A stretch of 63,992 nucleotides of DNA, filler included, from an uncultured bacterium (GTDB lineage: Bacteria; Auribacterota; CAZIXI01), in NCBI GenBank assembly GCA_964543115.1. It is 7 parts of 7 records of this genome, joined end to end, with 100 filler letters (N's around TTAATTAATTAA, not from the genome) between each part and the next. Parts side by side here need not be neighbours in the genome. Positions count along the whole stretch, not along the records: positions 1 to 9,980 come from CAZIXI010000124.1; positions 10,081 to 20,048 come from CAZIXI010000125.1; 5 more parts are not named here. One strand, given 5' to 3'. The notes under the pieces were generated by a model. That model was not told the origin of the DNA. It saw only the letters and a program-made list of their open reading frames with translations, and did not search any database. The position numbers were made by a program, and so were the translations under genes. Below, one piece after another: positions 1-10,082 of this stretch (the stretch's first letter is position 1; each line of letters opens with the position of its first letter).

Positions 1-216
1 GATGAAGTGCTCCGGGCGATTGGCAGAACAGGCGACAGAGATTTTAGAGCCGAATGAATAAAAGAGCTGGTATTCTCAGTTCTTATTTATAAATCAATCA
101 GGGAATTATACGCAAATGGAAGCAAGGGCCATTATATCGCGCTTACCCTGCGGCAGCTTTTCTTTGCGGATAACTATCGGGTTTCCGGAGCGAGATATAA
201 AAAATGCCCGGTAGAT

Positions 217-3200
217 ATGGAAATCGGTAGGCTAATTAAGGATTCCGAATGCGTGGCCGGCCAAATAGACACTCTCGCGTTAGTGGATTTTGATACCGGG
301 TTTATTGCCGCGGGAAAACTAGCGATGATCCTGCGCGGAACGGCGATTTTCGGTGATTTGTTCCAGACACCGTTCCGGATCGGAAGATATGAGCATCCCA
401 GTGAAGCAAAAATTGCAACGTTGCCGCCTGATCCTGAAACTCAGGGCCCCGCAGAAACAGCTTCCCTTTCCCACCGGAAGGATTGGTTAGAAAAAGTCAG
501 GACGGAAGAAAGATCTGTCACGATCGGGAAAGGCGCCCTGGGTTCGGTTTATGCCGCCAGCATAGAAGGAGGGCCGGCAGCGGTAAAATTAATTAATCGA
601 GAACTGTTGGCTAACTCCCGGCTCTCTTCAAGTCCCCATAGATCTGTTTGGCAGGAAGCCATGGGCCAGTACGCCGTTACTAAAGAAGCCATGGCCAGAG
701 GAGAAACTCCCCTGATCAGCGCCTTCCGGGGGTTTGGCATCCGCGCCGACGGCAGTCCCTATATTCTCATGGACCACTTAGCCCCGCCCTGGGATACCTT
801 AACAGCGGCAATGAGTGGCTGGAAATCATTTGAAGAACGCCAATCCCATGGGATTATTCGCGTGTTTGAGCGGTTAGTTGCCGCACTCGCGCAATGTCAC
901 CGTTACGGTTATGTGTTTCTGGATCTCAAACCGGATAACGCCATGGTTTGTTTTGACCGGCAAGGTATCAGGATACGGTTAATAGATACCGGATTAATGA
1001 GAAAAAAAGGACATTCTATGTTTGGCCTTATGGGCAGTCCAAGCACAATGTCTCCGGAACAGTGCCGGGCCGGCATTGGCGATAATGTGCTGATTGCCGA
1101 TCAGAGTATTGATATGTATGCCTTAGGGTGCATTCTGTATCAAATGTTAACCGGCAAGAGACTGCAGCGAAATGAATATATTTTAGCGCGGCTATTGTTA
1201 ATACAGCAGGAAGAGTCGGCGAAAGAAAAGGGCGAGCGGGACGCGCTGCGACTGGAAAAAACAGAAAGGCTGATTAAGTATCTTTCCGGGTCCGGGGACC
1301 TGAGCCGTCAGCAGGTGTACCTTGCTATTCACGACCTTAGCGAATTCCTGCATGAACAGACAGGTAGAGGAGAACACAGGCAAAATCTTATTACAGAGAT
1401 TGTCAGAGACACAATTAGGGATCCGCTGTTGGCAGAAATAATCGAAGGACTGATAAAAACTGATCCAGTAGAAAGATTAAATACCGTTGATTTAGTTGTC
1501 AGGATAGCCTACGCCCAGGTACTGATAATGCGAAAAAGAGAAGACGAGTTTGCGCAGGCTAGCCAGGCCAGATCACGTCCGTCCGCCACCGGGATGAGGA
1601 AATCAACAAACGAAAGAATGCCCACAGTCCCCCGCAAACCCAGTGCTGCAGCCGGCAGACGTTGGGAGCCCGACGAACGAAGGAAAGGCGCCATCGCCAA
1701 AGGGCCCGCGAAACTGGAGTTTCAGCGTGCCCTGGCCGATGAAGCCGCCGGCAGAGAAACCGCGTTATCATATTTTGTTGAAGGAAGAGAGCGGGAGAGG
1801 ATAGAGGGTCTGGGCCCGCGGGGCTTTAGTTTAACTGAGGAATTGGAAAAAGCGTTTGAGCAATTCCTTGACGGAGAAGACAGCCTCGCGGCGCGGATGT
1901 CACTGCCGCGGGATGTGTGCGAGAGAGTGGATGCTATTCGCGCGGCGTTAAAAAGAGATGAGTATGAAATGAAAATATTTGATGATAAAAGGTTCAGCAA
2001 CCGTCCCGGTTCATTCGCGCTTGCCGGGTATGACGGGCGCGGAAAACGGCTGCTACTGGCCCAGTCGATTATCGCGGCGCTGGAAAGGAACGGAATAAGT
2101 TCTGCGGAAGAATTAAAAACCAGGGCCCGGCTGCTAACGGAGATAGCGTTCCACGAAATTATTTGCGCCGTATTTACGGAATACTACGGTGAAGCTGGTC
2201 ATTATCTGGCAATTTGTGTCCAGCAGCAGTTATTTCAGCGGAATTATGAAATCGTCGGCGCGAAATACGCTATTCGTTATATTAAAATTCCCGTTGATGA
2301 AGAGGGATCAGAAGAAATCGTGTTTCGCGCGCGTATCGATCTGCATACCCGGGAAATAGCCAGGGGAAAACTGGGGCATTTGTTACATGGTATACTGACC
2401 TTCGGCGATAGCTTCCAGCAGCCGTTTTCGCTGGGAGCGGACCGGGAAGCGCTTGGTTCAGGCGGCATGGGGAAAGTTTACCGTGCCCTTTCCGGCACCG
2501 CGGCGGTAAAAGAACACGTAGCGGCAAAACTCGTCAGAAAAAATCTGCTGGAATTGGACAGAAATCTTTTCTGGAGGTTCTGGGAAGAAGCGGCCTGCCT
2601 GGATGACATTACACGCAAATTCCGGGCGGATAGTAGCGCCCGGGGAGATTATCCGCGTTTTAGTGTCTGCAGGGGATTTGGCCTCGATAACTATGTCGTG
2701 CCGTATTTGCTGATGGAAGATCTATCAGAGTGGGATACATTAGGAGAGATGTTGCGTGAATCTTATTTTACCGGTTACCGCAAGCTGGCAGTAATATTGG
2801 CGGTTTTTAGAGAGATCCGTAAAGCCGTTGGGCAGATACACGGTTATGAGTACATACTGATGGACCTGAAACCAGATAACATAATGGTGCGTATAAAAGA
2901 CGGCAGGATCAAAGTCAAGTTAATTGATTTTGGTTTAGCCAAGCCAAAAGGAGAATCTATACTTGTTCAGGGCGGCAGCCCCGGCTATATGGCCCCTGAA
3001 CAATGGCGGGCCGCCGCGGAAGGCCAGAAGATAGAAGCCGCCCCCAGCATAGACATGTATGCCTTAGGCTGTGTTCTATTCGGAATGATCTCGGGAAAGA
3101 GTTTAAGTCTGGCTACCGACAGGATATTCAGGACTCCCAAAGATCTGGTTGAATACCTGCACGAAGAAGTAGGCGGCAAACAAGTAAACTTAACGAAGAT

Positions 3201-3564
3201 TTTAGCCGAACACATAACCGACAGCCCGGCCCTGGCAGAAATCATCGAAGGGTTACTGCAAACTGATCCCGCTGCCCGGTTGACTATGGCTGAATTAACA
3301 GAGCGGCTGGATAAGGTAGAAGTTATTCCACAGGCCCCGGACACGGTTCCTGCTGCCTGGCGCAGTTTTAGTGGAACACGCCGCCCGATGCGGCAACGCA
3401 GAATGCATATCGGTGAGCCGGGAACTGGTGTTCCGCTAATAACTCATACTGAACCTTATTTCGCGGCAGGCAGCCTTCAGGCGTATGCGACGGCAGTGAG
3501 CAGTAACGTTGTCTATGTGCTTGAATCGTCGGATTTAGTCGACCAAGCGGATGCCAGTCTCTAA
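217..3564 (+). CDS. C-terminal part of a large modular protein with two Hanks-type Ser/Thr kinase domains separated by a helical HE-motif domain; true start uncertain (homologous sequence continues upstream of 217)
   Basis: Kinase 1 (~520-1500): GKGALGSVY, AVK, FLDLKPDN, DTG, GSPSTMSPEQ, DMYALG. Kinase 2 (~2450-3315): GSGGMGKVY, AAK, LMDLKPDN, DFG, GSPGYMAPEQ, DMYALG. Stop TAA 3562-3564. Confidence 0.9.
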   Translation: MEIGRLIKDSECVAGQIDTLALVDFDTGFIAAGKLAMILRGTAIFGDLFQTPFRIGRYEHPSEAKIATLPPDPETQGPAETASLSHRKDWLEKVRTEERSVTIGKGALGSVYAASIEGGPAAVKLINRELLANSRLSSSPHRSVWQEAMGQYAVTKEAMARGETPLISAFRGFGIRADGSPYILMDHLAPPWDTLTAAMSGWKSFEERQSHGIIRVFERLVAALAQCHRYGYVFLDLKPDNAMVCFDRQGIRIRLIDTGLMRKKGHSMFGLMGSPSTMSPEQCRAGIGDNVLIADQSIDMYALGCILYQMLTGKRLQRNEYILARLLLIQQEESAKEKGERDALRLEKTERLIKYLSGSGDLSRQQVYLAIHDLSEFLHEQTGRGEHRQNLITEIVRDTIRDPLLAEIIEGLIKTDPVERLNTVDLVVRIAYAQVLIMRKREDEFAQASQARSRPSATGMRKSTNERMPTVPRKPSAAAGRRWEPDERRKGAIAKGPAKLEFQRALADEAAGRETALSYFVEGRERERIEGLGPRGFSLTEELEKAFEQFLDGEDSLAARMSLPRDVCERVDAIRAALKRDEYEMKIFDDKRFSNRPGSFALAGYDGRGKRLLLAQSIIAALERNGISSAEELKTRARLLTEIAFHEIICAVFTEYYGEAGHYLAICVQQQLFQRNYEIVGAKYAIRYIKIPVDEEGSEEIVFRARIDLHTREIARGKLGHLLHGILTFGDSFQQPFSLGADREALGSGGMGKVYRALSGTAAVKEHVAAKLVRKNLLELDRNLFWRFWEEAACLDDITRKFRADSSARGDYPRFSVCRGFGLDNYVVPYLLMEDLSEWDTLGEMLRESYFTGYRKLAVILAVFREIRKAVGQIHGYEYILMDLKPDNIMVRIKDGRIKVKLIDFGLAKPKGESILVQGGSPGYMAPEQWRAAAEGQKIEAAPSIDMYALGCVLFGMISGKSLSLATDRIFRTPKDLVEYLHEEVGGKQVNLTKILAEHITDSPALAEIIEGLLQTDPAARLTMAELTERLDKVEVIPQAPDTVPAAWRSFSGTRRPMRQRRMHIGEPGTGVPLITHTEPYFAAGSLQAYATAVSSNVVYVLESSDLVDQADASL

Positions 3565-3659
3565 GCCGGCAGAGTGATTATTCCGGTTCTTACCGAGTGA
3601 AAAAGATTTATCTCGATCTTCAAGCCACTTACCGTGGCATTACCAGTTCTCCAAAACTG

Positions 3660-3688
3660 TTGCAGGAATTGGGCTAACAGTTTATAAT
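3660..3688 (+). promoter_or_regulatory. sigma70-type promoter for the efflux operon
   Basis: TTGCAG (3660-3665), 17-nt spacer, TATAAT (3683-3688), 23 nt before the GTG at 3712. Confidence 0.6.
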
Positions 3689-3711
3689 TAACACAAAAAA
3701 AGGCGGAACTG

Positions 3712-5085
3712 GTGAAGAAAAGTAATATACAAATATTAACTGCCTTCCTTACGATATTCATTTTCCCCGCTCTGTTAACGGCAGTTACCCGGGAAAGTGG
3801 CGGCGCAGGTTATGTGCCGGAATTATGCAGGGACCTTTCTCTTGCTAAAGCGACTGCTATTGCCCTGAAAAACAATCCTACGATTGATGCTATGACAGGG
3901 GCAGTTTCTAAATCAGTATATATACACAGTGCGGCAAGAAAAGAATGGCTGCCGGTCTTAAGCGCGGATTATTTGATAAACGTATTTAATGAAGTGCCGG
4001 AAATGGAGTTTGGCGGGGAGAGTTTCCCTGTTTCCACGAAAAATTTCTTTATGCTGGGTGTACACGCGAAAATGCCTATCTATACGGGAGGCGCTATTAG
4101 GTATCGTGAAAATATTGAGAGGCTTGGTATTGATGTTTCGCGGATGCGTCTTTTGGAAGCGGAAGCCGATCTTGTGCAGGAAGTGACCATTAATTATTTC
4201 AATATATTACTGCAGGAAGATTATCTGAAAGCGATAAAGGAAAACCTGGTACGGTTTGAAAACCATGAACAAGTTACGCAGAAATTTTTTAACGCCGATT
4301 TAGTGGCTAAAAATTATTTGCTTGAGATTCAGGCAAAAACAGCTAACGCGCGGCAGGAATATATTGAAGCGGAGAAACTGCTGAAATTTGCCAGGGCGGC
4401 GCTTAATGTGAGTATGGGAGTTAATGTTGATTCCGGATTTTTGCTTAAACCCCTCGTCTATAAGAAAAATGTTCCTTCTCTTCCGGAAGATTGTTTTGGT
4501 TTAGCTGAAACTAATAATCCTTCACTTGTAGTATTTAAGTATCTGGGGCAGATTGCGGATAAGGCCATAGACCTTGCTAAAACCGCATCGCGGCCGCAGG
4601 TTGCCGCGCAGGCTAGTTATTACAGGCATGGAAAGACGTTTGAGCTGGATAACGAAGATTATCTTAGTAACGATATTTTGCTGGGAATGATTACGGTCAA
4701 CTGGGATGTATTTGACTGGTTTAAGACAAAAGACCTTACAGCCGCTAAAAGGAAGGAACTGGAGATAATTATTGACCAATACAGGGCGTTAAGTCAGCGG
4801 GTAAGATTGGATATTAAACAGTGTTATTTTGAAATGGAAGCCGCTGCGGCAAAAGTTTCTGCGGCCGAAAAGGAGATTGAATACGCGTCTGAGAATTACA
4901 GGATAAGCGAACGGCGGTACGAAGAATTAGTGGCGCCCTCAACAGAAGTGAATGACGCGCTGGTACAGCTTAAACAGGCGCAGTTTCATTCTTATAATGC
5001 CCATTACGAATATAATACCGCAATAGCCAAATTGGAAAGAATTATTGGAAGTGATATAAAAGCGGAAGAAACAGCGATAAAGTGA
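3712..5085 (+). CDS. TolC-family outer membrane efflux protein
   Basis: 457 aa, signal peptide, two OEP-type repeats (PIYTGG; WDVFDWF...; RYEELVA...V.DA...L.QA), first gene of a TolC-MFP-ABC operon. Confidence 0.9.
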   Translation: MKKSNIQILTAFLTIFIFPALLTAVTRESGGAGYVPELCRDLSLAKATAIALKNNPTIDAMTGAVSKSVYIHSAARKEWLPVLSADYLINVFNEVPEMEFGGESFPVSTKNFFMLGVHAKMPIYTGGAIRYRENIERLGIDVSRMRLLEAEADLVQEVTINYFNILLQEDYLKAIKENLVRFENHEQVTQKFFNADLVAKNYLLEIQAKTANARQEYIEAEKLLKFARAALNVSMGVNVDSGFLLKPLVYKKNVPSLPEDCFGLAETNNPSLVVFKYLGQIADKAIDLAKTASRPQVAAQASYYRHGKTFELDNEDYLSNDILLGMITVNWDVFDWFKTKDLTAAKRKELEIIIDQYRALSQRVRLDIKQCYFEMEAAAAKVSAAEKEIEYASENYRISERRYEELVAPSTEVNDALVQLKQAQFHSYNAHYEYNTAIAKLERIIGSDIKAEETAIK

Positions 5086-5094
5086 GGTGGTTTT

Positions 5095-5968
5095 ATGAAT
5101 AATGTGCTGACCGGTTATTTCGAGAAGTTTAAACAGAGAAAAAATAAAACAGCCGTGATCTTGTGTCTTATTACCGCGCTTCTTGTGATTTTCGGTATTT
5201 TCGTGTTTATAAATATGTATGTCTCGAGAGCTAATAGAAACCCGGATTTTATTGAGGTAAGCGGAAGGATTGAAGGATATGAATACCATGCGGGGACAAA
5301 GATAAGCGGAAAAGTAAGCAAGATGTACGTTGACGAAGGAGATGTAGTCAGTGAAGGCCAGCAGATTGCGTTAATACAGTCCAGGCAGTTAGAGGCGGCG
5401 CTCGCGGAAGCGAAGTCTGATCTGCAATTGGCTGAAACAGAATATGAAAGGTACAGCCGTCTTTATGAAGAAAGAGCAATCGCGAAAATGGAGTTTGACC
5501 GTGTTAATAATAGGTATACGGTAGCCGGGGAAAAGGTGGCAGCGGCGCAGGCGGCTGTAGATGATACACTGATAAAAGCGCCTATATCGGGAACCATCGC
5601 CCTTAAGATTGTCCGGGTAGGCGAGGTTGTCTCTGCCGGTACGCCGCTGGTCACTATTATTGATATGAACGATCTTTACCTTAATGCATTTCTGGTAACC
5701 GATATTGCCGGAAAAGTTAATCTGGGAAACAAGGCCAGGATTTATCCGGACGCTCTGCCTGCTGAGTATNNNNNNNNNNGGTAAAATTGCGGCTAAAGCG
5801 GAGTTTACGCCAAAGAATGTGGAAACTAAAAGCCAGCGCGCCAAACTGGTGTTTCAGATTAAACTGAGGGTAATAGAGAATAAAGGACTTAAGTTAAAAC
5901 CCGGAATGCCGTCCAGCGGGGTTATTAAGGTCAATGAAAGTATACCGTGGAACAGGTATAAGAGATAG
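5095..5968 (+). CDS. HlyD/YbhG-family membrane fusion protein, split only by a 10-N scaffold gap at 5770-5779
   Basis: N-terminal TM, SGRIEG, ISGKVSKMYVDEGDVV and IKAPISG lipoyl-like halves; continues after the gap in another frame as KIAAKAEFTPKNVETKSQRAKLVFQIK...LKPGMP. Confidence 0.9.
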
Positions 5969-7915
5969 GTGATGGATCCTGTTATTGAAGTAGCCGAACT
6001 TTCAAAGAGTTATCGTAAGCTACAGGCCCTTTCAGATATTTCTTTCCAGGTGAGCCGCGGACAGATTTTTGGGATTATCGGGCCGGACGGCGCGGGTAAA
6101 AGCACCCTGATGCATATTGTTACCGGTGTTTTGAGCGCGCCGCAGGGTAAAGTAACGGTTTTAGGCAGGAATATACTGCGGGATCCTGAAAGTATTAAGG
6201 AATCTATCGCCCTTATGCCGCAGGGATTGGGGTTGTCGCTTGCGGCGGATTTAAGTGTTGAAGAAAATATTAATTTTTTTGCTGAAATAAATAAAATTGA
6301 CAAGAAAACGCGTGAACAGAGAAAGGATAAACTTCTTAAAAGTACGCGTTTAGACGCCTTCCTCAAGCGGCCGGCTAAGAATCTTTCCGGCGGGATGAAA
6401 CAGAAGCTTGCCCTCTGCTGTACCCTTATTCATGAACCGCAGCTGATTTTTCTTGATGAGCCTACCACGGGAGTTGATCCTATCTCACGTCAGGATATAT
6501 GGACGATTATTAATACTATGCTTAAAGAAAAAAATATTACGGTTTTTATGAGTACTTCATATATGGATGAAGCGGCAAGATGCCATGAGGTGCTGCTGAT
6601 GCATAAGGGAAAGATAATTAACAGGGGTAGGCCGGACGAATTGTCAGCGAAATTGAAAGATAATTTTGCGCAGATAGAAGCGAAAAGCCAAGAGGAAACA
6701 TTAAAGGCGCTTAAAAAACAGCCGAAGATAAGTGTAGTTTATCCTCTCGGCGGCAGATTAAACGTTATATTTGAAGAAGGCGGTCTTGCGGAACTAAAGC
6801 GGCAGGCCGGGAACCTGGGGGTTGGCCCCGGCGATATTAAAAGGGCAATACCGGGTATTGAGGATGTGTTTCTTTCTGAAATGTCAAAGGAAAGGGCAGA
6901 TGTAGATGAAAATGTTTTTGACGAATTGTTTAAAGGGGAGGGGCAGAACGAAAAATCGGCAAAAACAGGGTTGGCTGCAACAGAATTGATGATTAAAGCG
7001 GATTCTCTGGAAAAGAAATTCGGCAGCTTTACTGCCGTTAATAAAATAAATTTTTCGGTAAAAAGCGGCGAGATTTTCGGGTTCCTAGGGCCGAACGGAG
7101 CGGGAAAGACAACTACTATCAAAATGTTCTGCGGGTTATACGCGCCTACGTCAGGATTTGGAATGATCGGAGGCCTTGACCTTTCCAAAAACCAGTTTGA
7201 AGTAAAAAAGAGTATCGGGTATATGTCCCAGAAGTTTTCGTTGTACAGGGATATGACGGTTTCTGAAAATATAGATTTATACGGCGGCATATACGGTGTG
7301 CCGAAAAGGGAACTGCGCCGGCGCCGTAATCTTATCCTAAAAATAGCGGATCTTTCGGGGCAGGAAGATTCTATTACAGGCAGCCTGCCTATGGGTATTA
7401 AACAGAGGCTGGCTTTAGGCTGCGCTATTATTCATAAACCAAGATGCATCTTCCTGGATGAACCGACCTCCGGAGTCGATCCTATTGCCAGAATGAAGTT
7501 CTGGGAGATTATATTTCTCCTGTCGCGCAAAATGGGCATAACGGTTCTGGTGACCACACATTATATGGATGAAGCGGAACATTGCGACCGGTTATCATTG
7601 ATGACCAAAGGTAATCTTGTGGCTATGGGCGCGCCGGATCAATTAAAGACGCGGGTCACCGATGAAATAGGGATACTGTTAGAAGTGAGTACTTCTGATC
7701 CGTTCGCCTCGTCGGATATTTTAAGGGAATATTTTACTTATTGCTCTATTTACGGGACTAGGGTTCATATCTACACAAAAAACGCGGATGAAGACGAAAA
7801 TAAAGTAAAAGAATTACTCGCGAAAAATAATATTACGCTCCAAGACATAAGGAAAGCGGTAATCCCGTTTGAAGATGTGTTTGTTTATTTCTGCGAACAG
7901 AAAAAAGGAGTCTAA
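5969..7915 (+). CDS. ABC transporter ATP-binding protein with two NBDs (YbhF/RbbA-like)
   Basis: Walker A GPDGAGKST and GPNGAGKTT; signatures LSGGMKQK and LPMGIKQR; Walker B FLDEPT twice. Confidence 0.95.
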   Translation: MMDPVIEVAELSKSYRKLQALSDISFQVSRGQIFGIIGPDGAGKSTLMHIVTGVLSAPQGKVTVLGRNILRDPESIKESIALMPQGLGLSLAADLSVEENINFFAEINKIDKKTREQRKDKLLKSTRLDAFLKRPAKNLSGGMKQKLALCCTLIHEPQLIFLDEPTTGVDPISRQDIWTIINTMLKEKNITVFMSTSYMDEAARCHEVLLMHKGKIINRGRPDELSAKLKDNFAQIEAKSQEETLKALKKQPKISVVYPLGGRLNVIFEEGGLAELKRQAGNLGVGPGDIKRAIPGIEDVFLSEMSKERADVDENVFDELFKGEGQNEKSAKTGLAATELMIKADSLEKKFGSFTAVNKINFSVKSGEIFGFLGPNGAGKTTTIKMFCGLYAPTSGFGMIGGLDLSKNQFEVKKSIGYMSQKFSLYRDMTVSENIDLYGGIYGVPKRELRRRRNLILKIADLSGQEDSITGSLPMGIKQRLALGCAIIHKPRCIFLDEPTSGVDPIARMKFWEIIFLLSRKMGITVLVTTHYMDEAEHCDRLSLMTKGNLVAMGAPDQLKTRVTDEIGILLEVSTSDPFASSDILREYFTYCSIYGTRVHIYTKNADEDENKVKELLAKNNITLQDIRKAVIPFEDVFVYFCEQKKGV

Positions 7916-7916
7916 G

Positions 7917-9062
7917 ATGTTTTCGGTACAGAGGTTTCGGGCGGTTGCTAGAAAAGAGTTTCTTGAGCTTAAACGCGACCGCCTTTTTTTTCTCATGACA
8001 ATAATGGCGCCTGTTGTGCTGTATTTTCTCTTTGCTTACGGTTTCCCTTTAGGCGCAAAAAATATTTCCATGGATGTTGTGGACTATGATAAAACATCTC
8101 TTTCGCGCAGTTTGATAGACAATTTTCAGAATGCCACGGAGCTCTTTAATGTAAAAAACATGGCCGATAATTACGCCCCGGCGGAAAACGATATGGATCT
8201 GGGCCGTATCCGTCTTATCCTTGTTATTCCCGAGGACTTTTCACGTGATATTAAAAAAGGAGTTCCGGTAAACGTTCAGGTGCTTGTTGACGGTACATAT
8301 ACGAATGTGGCTACCCTTATCGGCAATTATGCGGAAGCTGTTGTTGCGGATTATCAGGCAAAGATCCTGGCAGAATATTTTGTAAAAAAGGGAGGTGCCG
8401 GCGGCGGGAATAGTGTGCCGATAGATTTAACCGTCAGCGCCTGGTATAATCCCTCTTTTAGAAGCGAGGACTTTATAATTCCGGGAGTTATCGCTATTAT
8501 CATAATGTTTTTCCCTCCGGTTATTGGCGCTATATCCCTAGCCAAAGAAAAAGAAACAGGTTCAATTCTTAATATGTACTGTTCATGCCTGAATAAATCT
8601 GAATATCTATTGGGTAAAATGACGCCGTATATAATAATTTCGTATTTGAACCTTATAATATTCATTGCCCTGACGGTATTTTTGTTTAACGTGCCGTTCA
8701 GGGGGAGTCTTGCCCTGGTGCTTCTTATCTCTCCGTTTTACGTAGCTACGGCTATCGGGCTGGGCCTTTTTATAGCAGTTCTGGTCAGCACGCAAGTTGC
8801 CGCTATTACTATTACCTTTGTCGCCACGGTTATGCCGGCATTTTTATATACGGGGTTTATGGTGCCGGTATCGAATATGGGGCCGAATGCGGCGTATACT
8901 TCTTATTGTCTGCCCGCTACTTATTATATAGATATGTTGAGAAAGATAATGGTAAAAGGCGTCGGATTTACGCATGTAAGGACTGATGTTATAATGTTAA
9001 TTGTATATTGTTTAGTTCTTTATTGGGTCTGTATCCGGCTATTCAAGAAAAAGGTTGGCTGA
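7917..9062 (+). CDS. ABC-2 type permease (YbhS-like)
   Basis: RKEFLELKRDR start, WYNP, EKETGS motifs; ATG 7917 after AAGGAG is a better start than the track's 7869. Confidence 0.9.
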   Translation: MFSVQRFRAVARKEFLELKRDRLFFLMTIMAPVVLYFLFAYGFPLGAKNISMDVVDYDKTSLSRSLIDNFQNATELFNVKNMADNYAPAENDMDLGRIRLILVIPEDFSRDIKKGVPVNVQVLVDGTYTNVATLIGNYAEAVVADYQAKILAEYFVKKGGAGGGNSVPIDLTVSAWYNPSFRSEDFIIPGVIAIIIMFFPPVIGAISLAKEKETGSILNMYCSCLNKSEYLLGKMTPYIIISYLNLIIFIALTVFLFNVPFRGSLALVLLISPFYVATAIGLGLFIAVLVSTQVAAITITFVATVMPAFLYTGFMVPVSNMGPNAAYTSYCLPATYYIDMLRKIMVKGVGFTHVRTDVIMLIVYCLVLYWVCIRLFKKKVG

Positions 9063-9065
9063 CCA

Positions 9066-9980
9066 ATGTTTTTCAGAATGTTTCTACTTATGCGAAAAGA
9101 GTTCCTGCAGTTTTTCAGGAATGTACCGCTGATGATTATAGTGCTCTATTGTGTTACCATTGATATTTACACAGCCAGCAGTCTTTCTATGGACGTGAAT
9201 AATTATCCGATAGCTGTTTATGACATGGATAAGACGGAACAGAGCCGAGAAATAATTAATCGGCTTCAGGCGCCTTATTTTGATATTGCCTATAATATAG
9301 AGGAAGAAGACGAAATAAACAAATTGATAGAACAGGGGAATGTTTCGGTGGTGGTTGTGTTCCCGCAAGGATTCGGCAGGAAGGTTTCTTCGTATCAAAC
9401 CGCGTCAATGCAGGTTATTATGGACGGGTCAGACAGCAACGCCGCTGAGCTTGCTCTCGGGTATATAAGCATGATTGTCAGCAGGCACAATATGAATATT
9501 ATATTCACCAAATGGAAAGTTTCTGATGTAGAAGAGAAGATTATTCCTAATCTGGGCTGCCGGCTGCGCTATATGTATAATCCTAACCTGAATGAATCAT
9601 GGTGTTTTTCACTGCAGGAATTGTTTACAATAATTACGCTGATCGGAGTTTTGCTGATTGCTACGGCCATGGTAAACGAGAAACAATTCGGCACAATAGA
9701 ACAGTTAATGGTAACGCCGTTAAGGACCTATGAGATCATGATAGCAAAGATTGTCCCGATGATTGTAATACTTTTTGTCGCGATATTCATTGCTGTTTTT
9801 GCGGTATTAAAACCGATTGTGGGAATTCCTGTCCGGGGAAACATCTGGGCGTTTTTTGCGGTATCCTTTATCTTTGTTTTTACCGTTGCCGGGCTTGGCC
9901 TGTTTATATCGACAATATCAGATAATTTATCCAATACCGTATTGTTTTCCGTCCTGATCCTTGTGCCGGTTATGTTTCTT
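9066..9980 (+). CDS. ABC-2 type permease (YbhR-like), 3'-truncated at contig end
   Basis: RKEFLQFFRN start, YNPNL, NEKQFGTIEQLMVTP motif; runs into the linker. Confidence 0.9.
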
Positions 9981-10080
9981 NNNNNNNNNNNNNNNNNNNN
10001 NNNNNNNNNNNNNNNNNNNNNNNNTTAATTAATTAANNNNNNNNNNNNNNNNNNNNNNNNNNNNNNNNNNNNNNNNNNNN
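9981..10080. other. Artificial contig linker
   Basis: N44-TTAATTAATTAA-N44 (stops in all six frames). Confidence 0.99.
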
Positions 10081-10082
10081 TA

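Noticed and set aside
5770..5784. Apparent frameshift or programmed split in the hlyD gene
   Set aside because: Coincides with a 10-N scaffold gap of unknown true length
3712..9980. TolC-MFP-ABC operon as a type I secretion system for the adjacent giant kinase protein
   Set aside because: The ABC part is a double-NBD ATPase with separate ABC-2 permeases (YbhGFSR-like efflux), not a fused HlyB/C39-type exporter; it has its own promoter
10025..10036. TTAATTAATTAA repeated every ~10 kb as a biological repeat
   Set aside because: Always embedded in N44 flanks; a standard six-frame-stop contig linker
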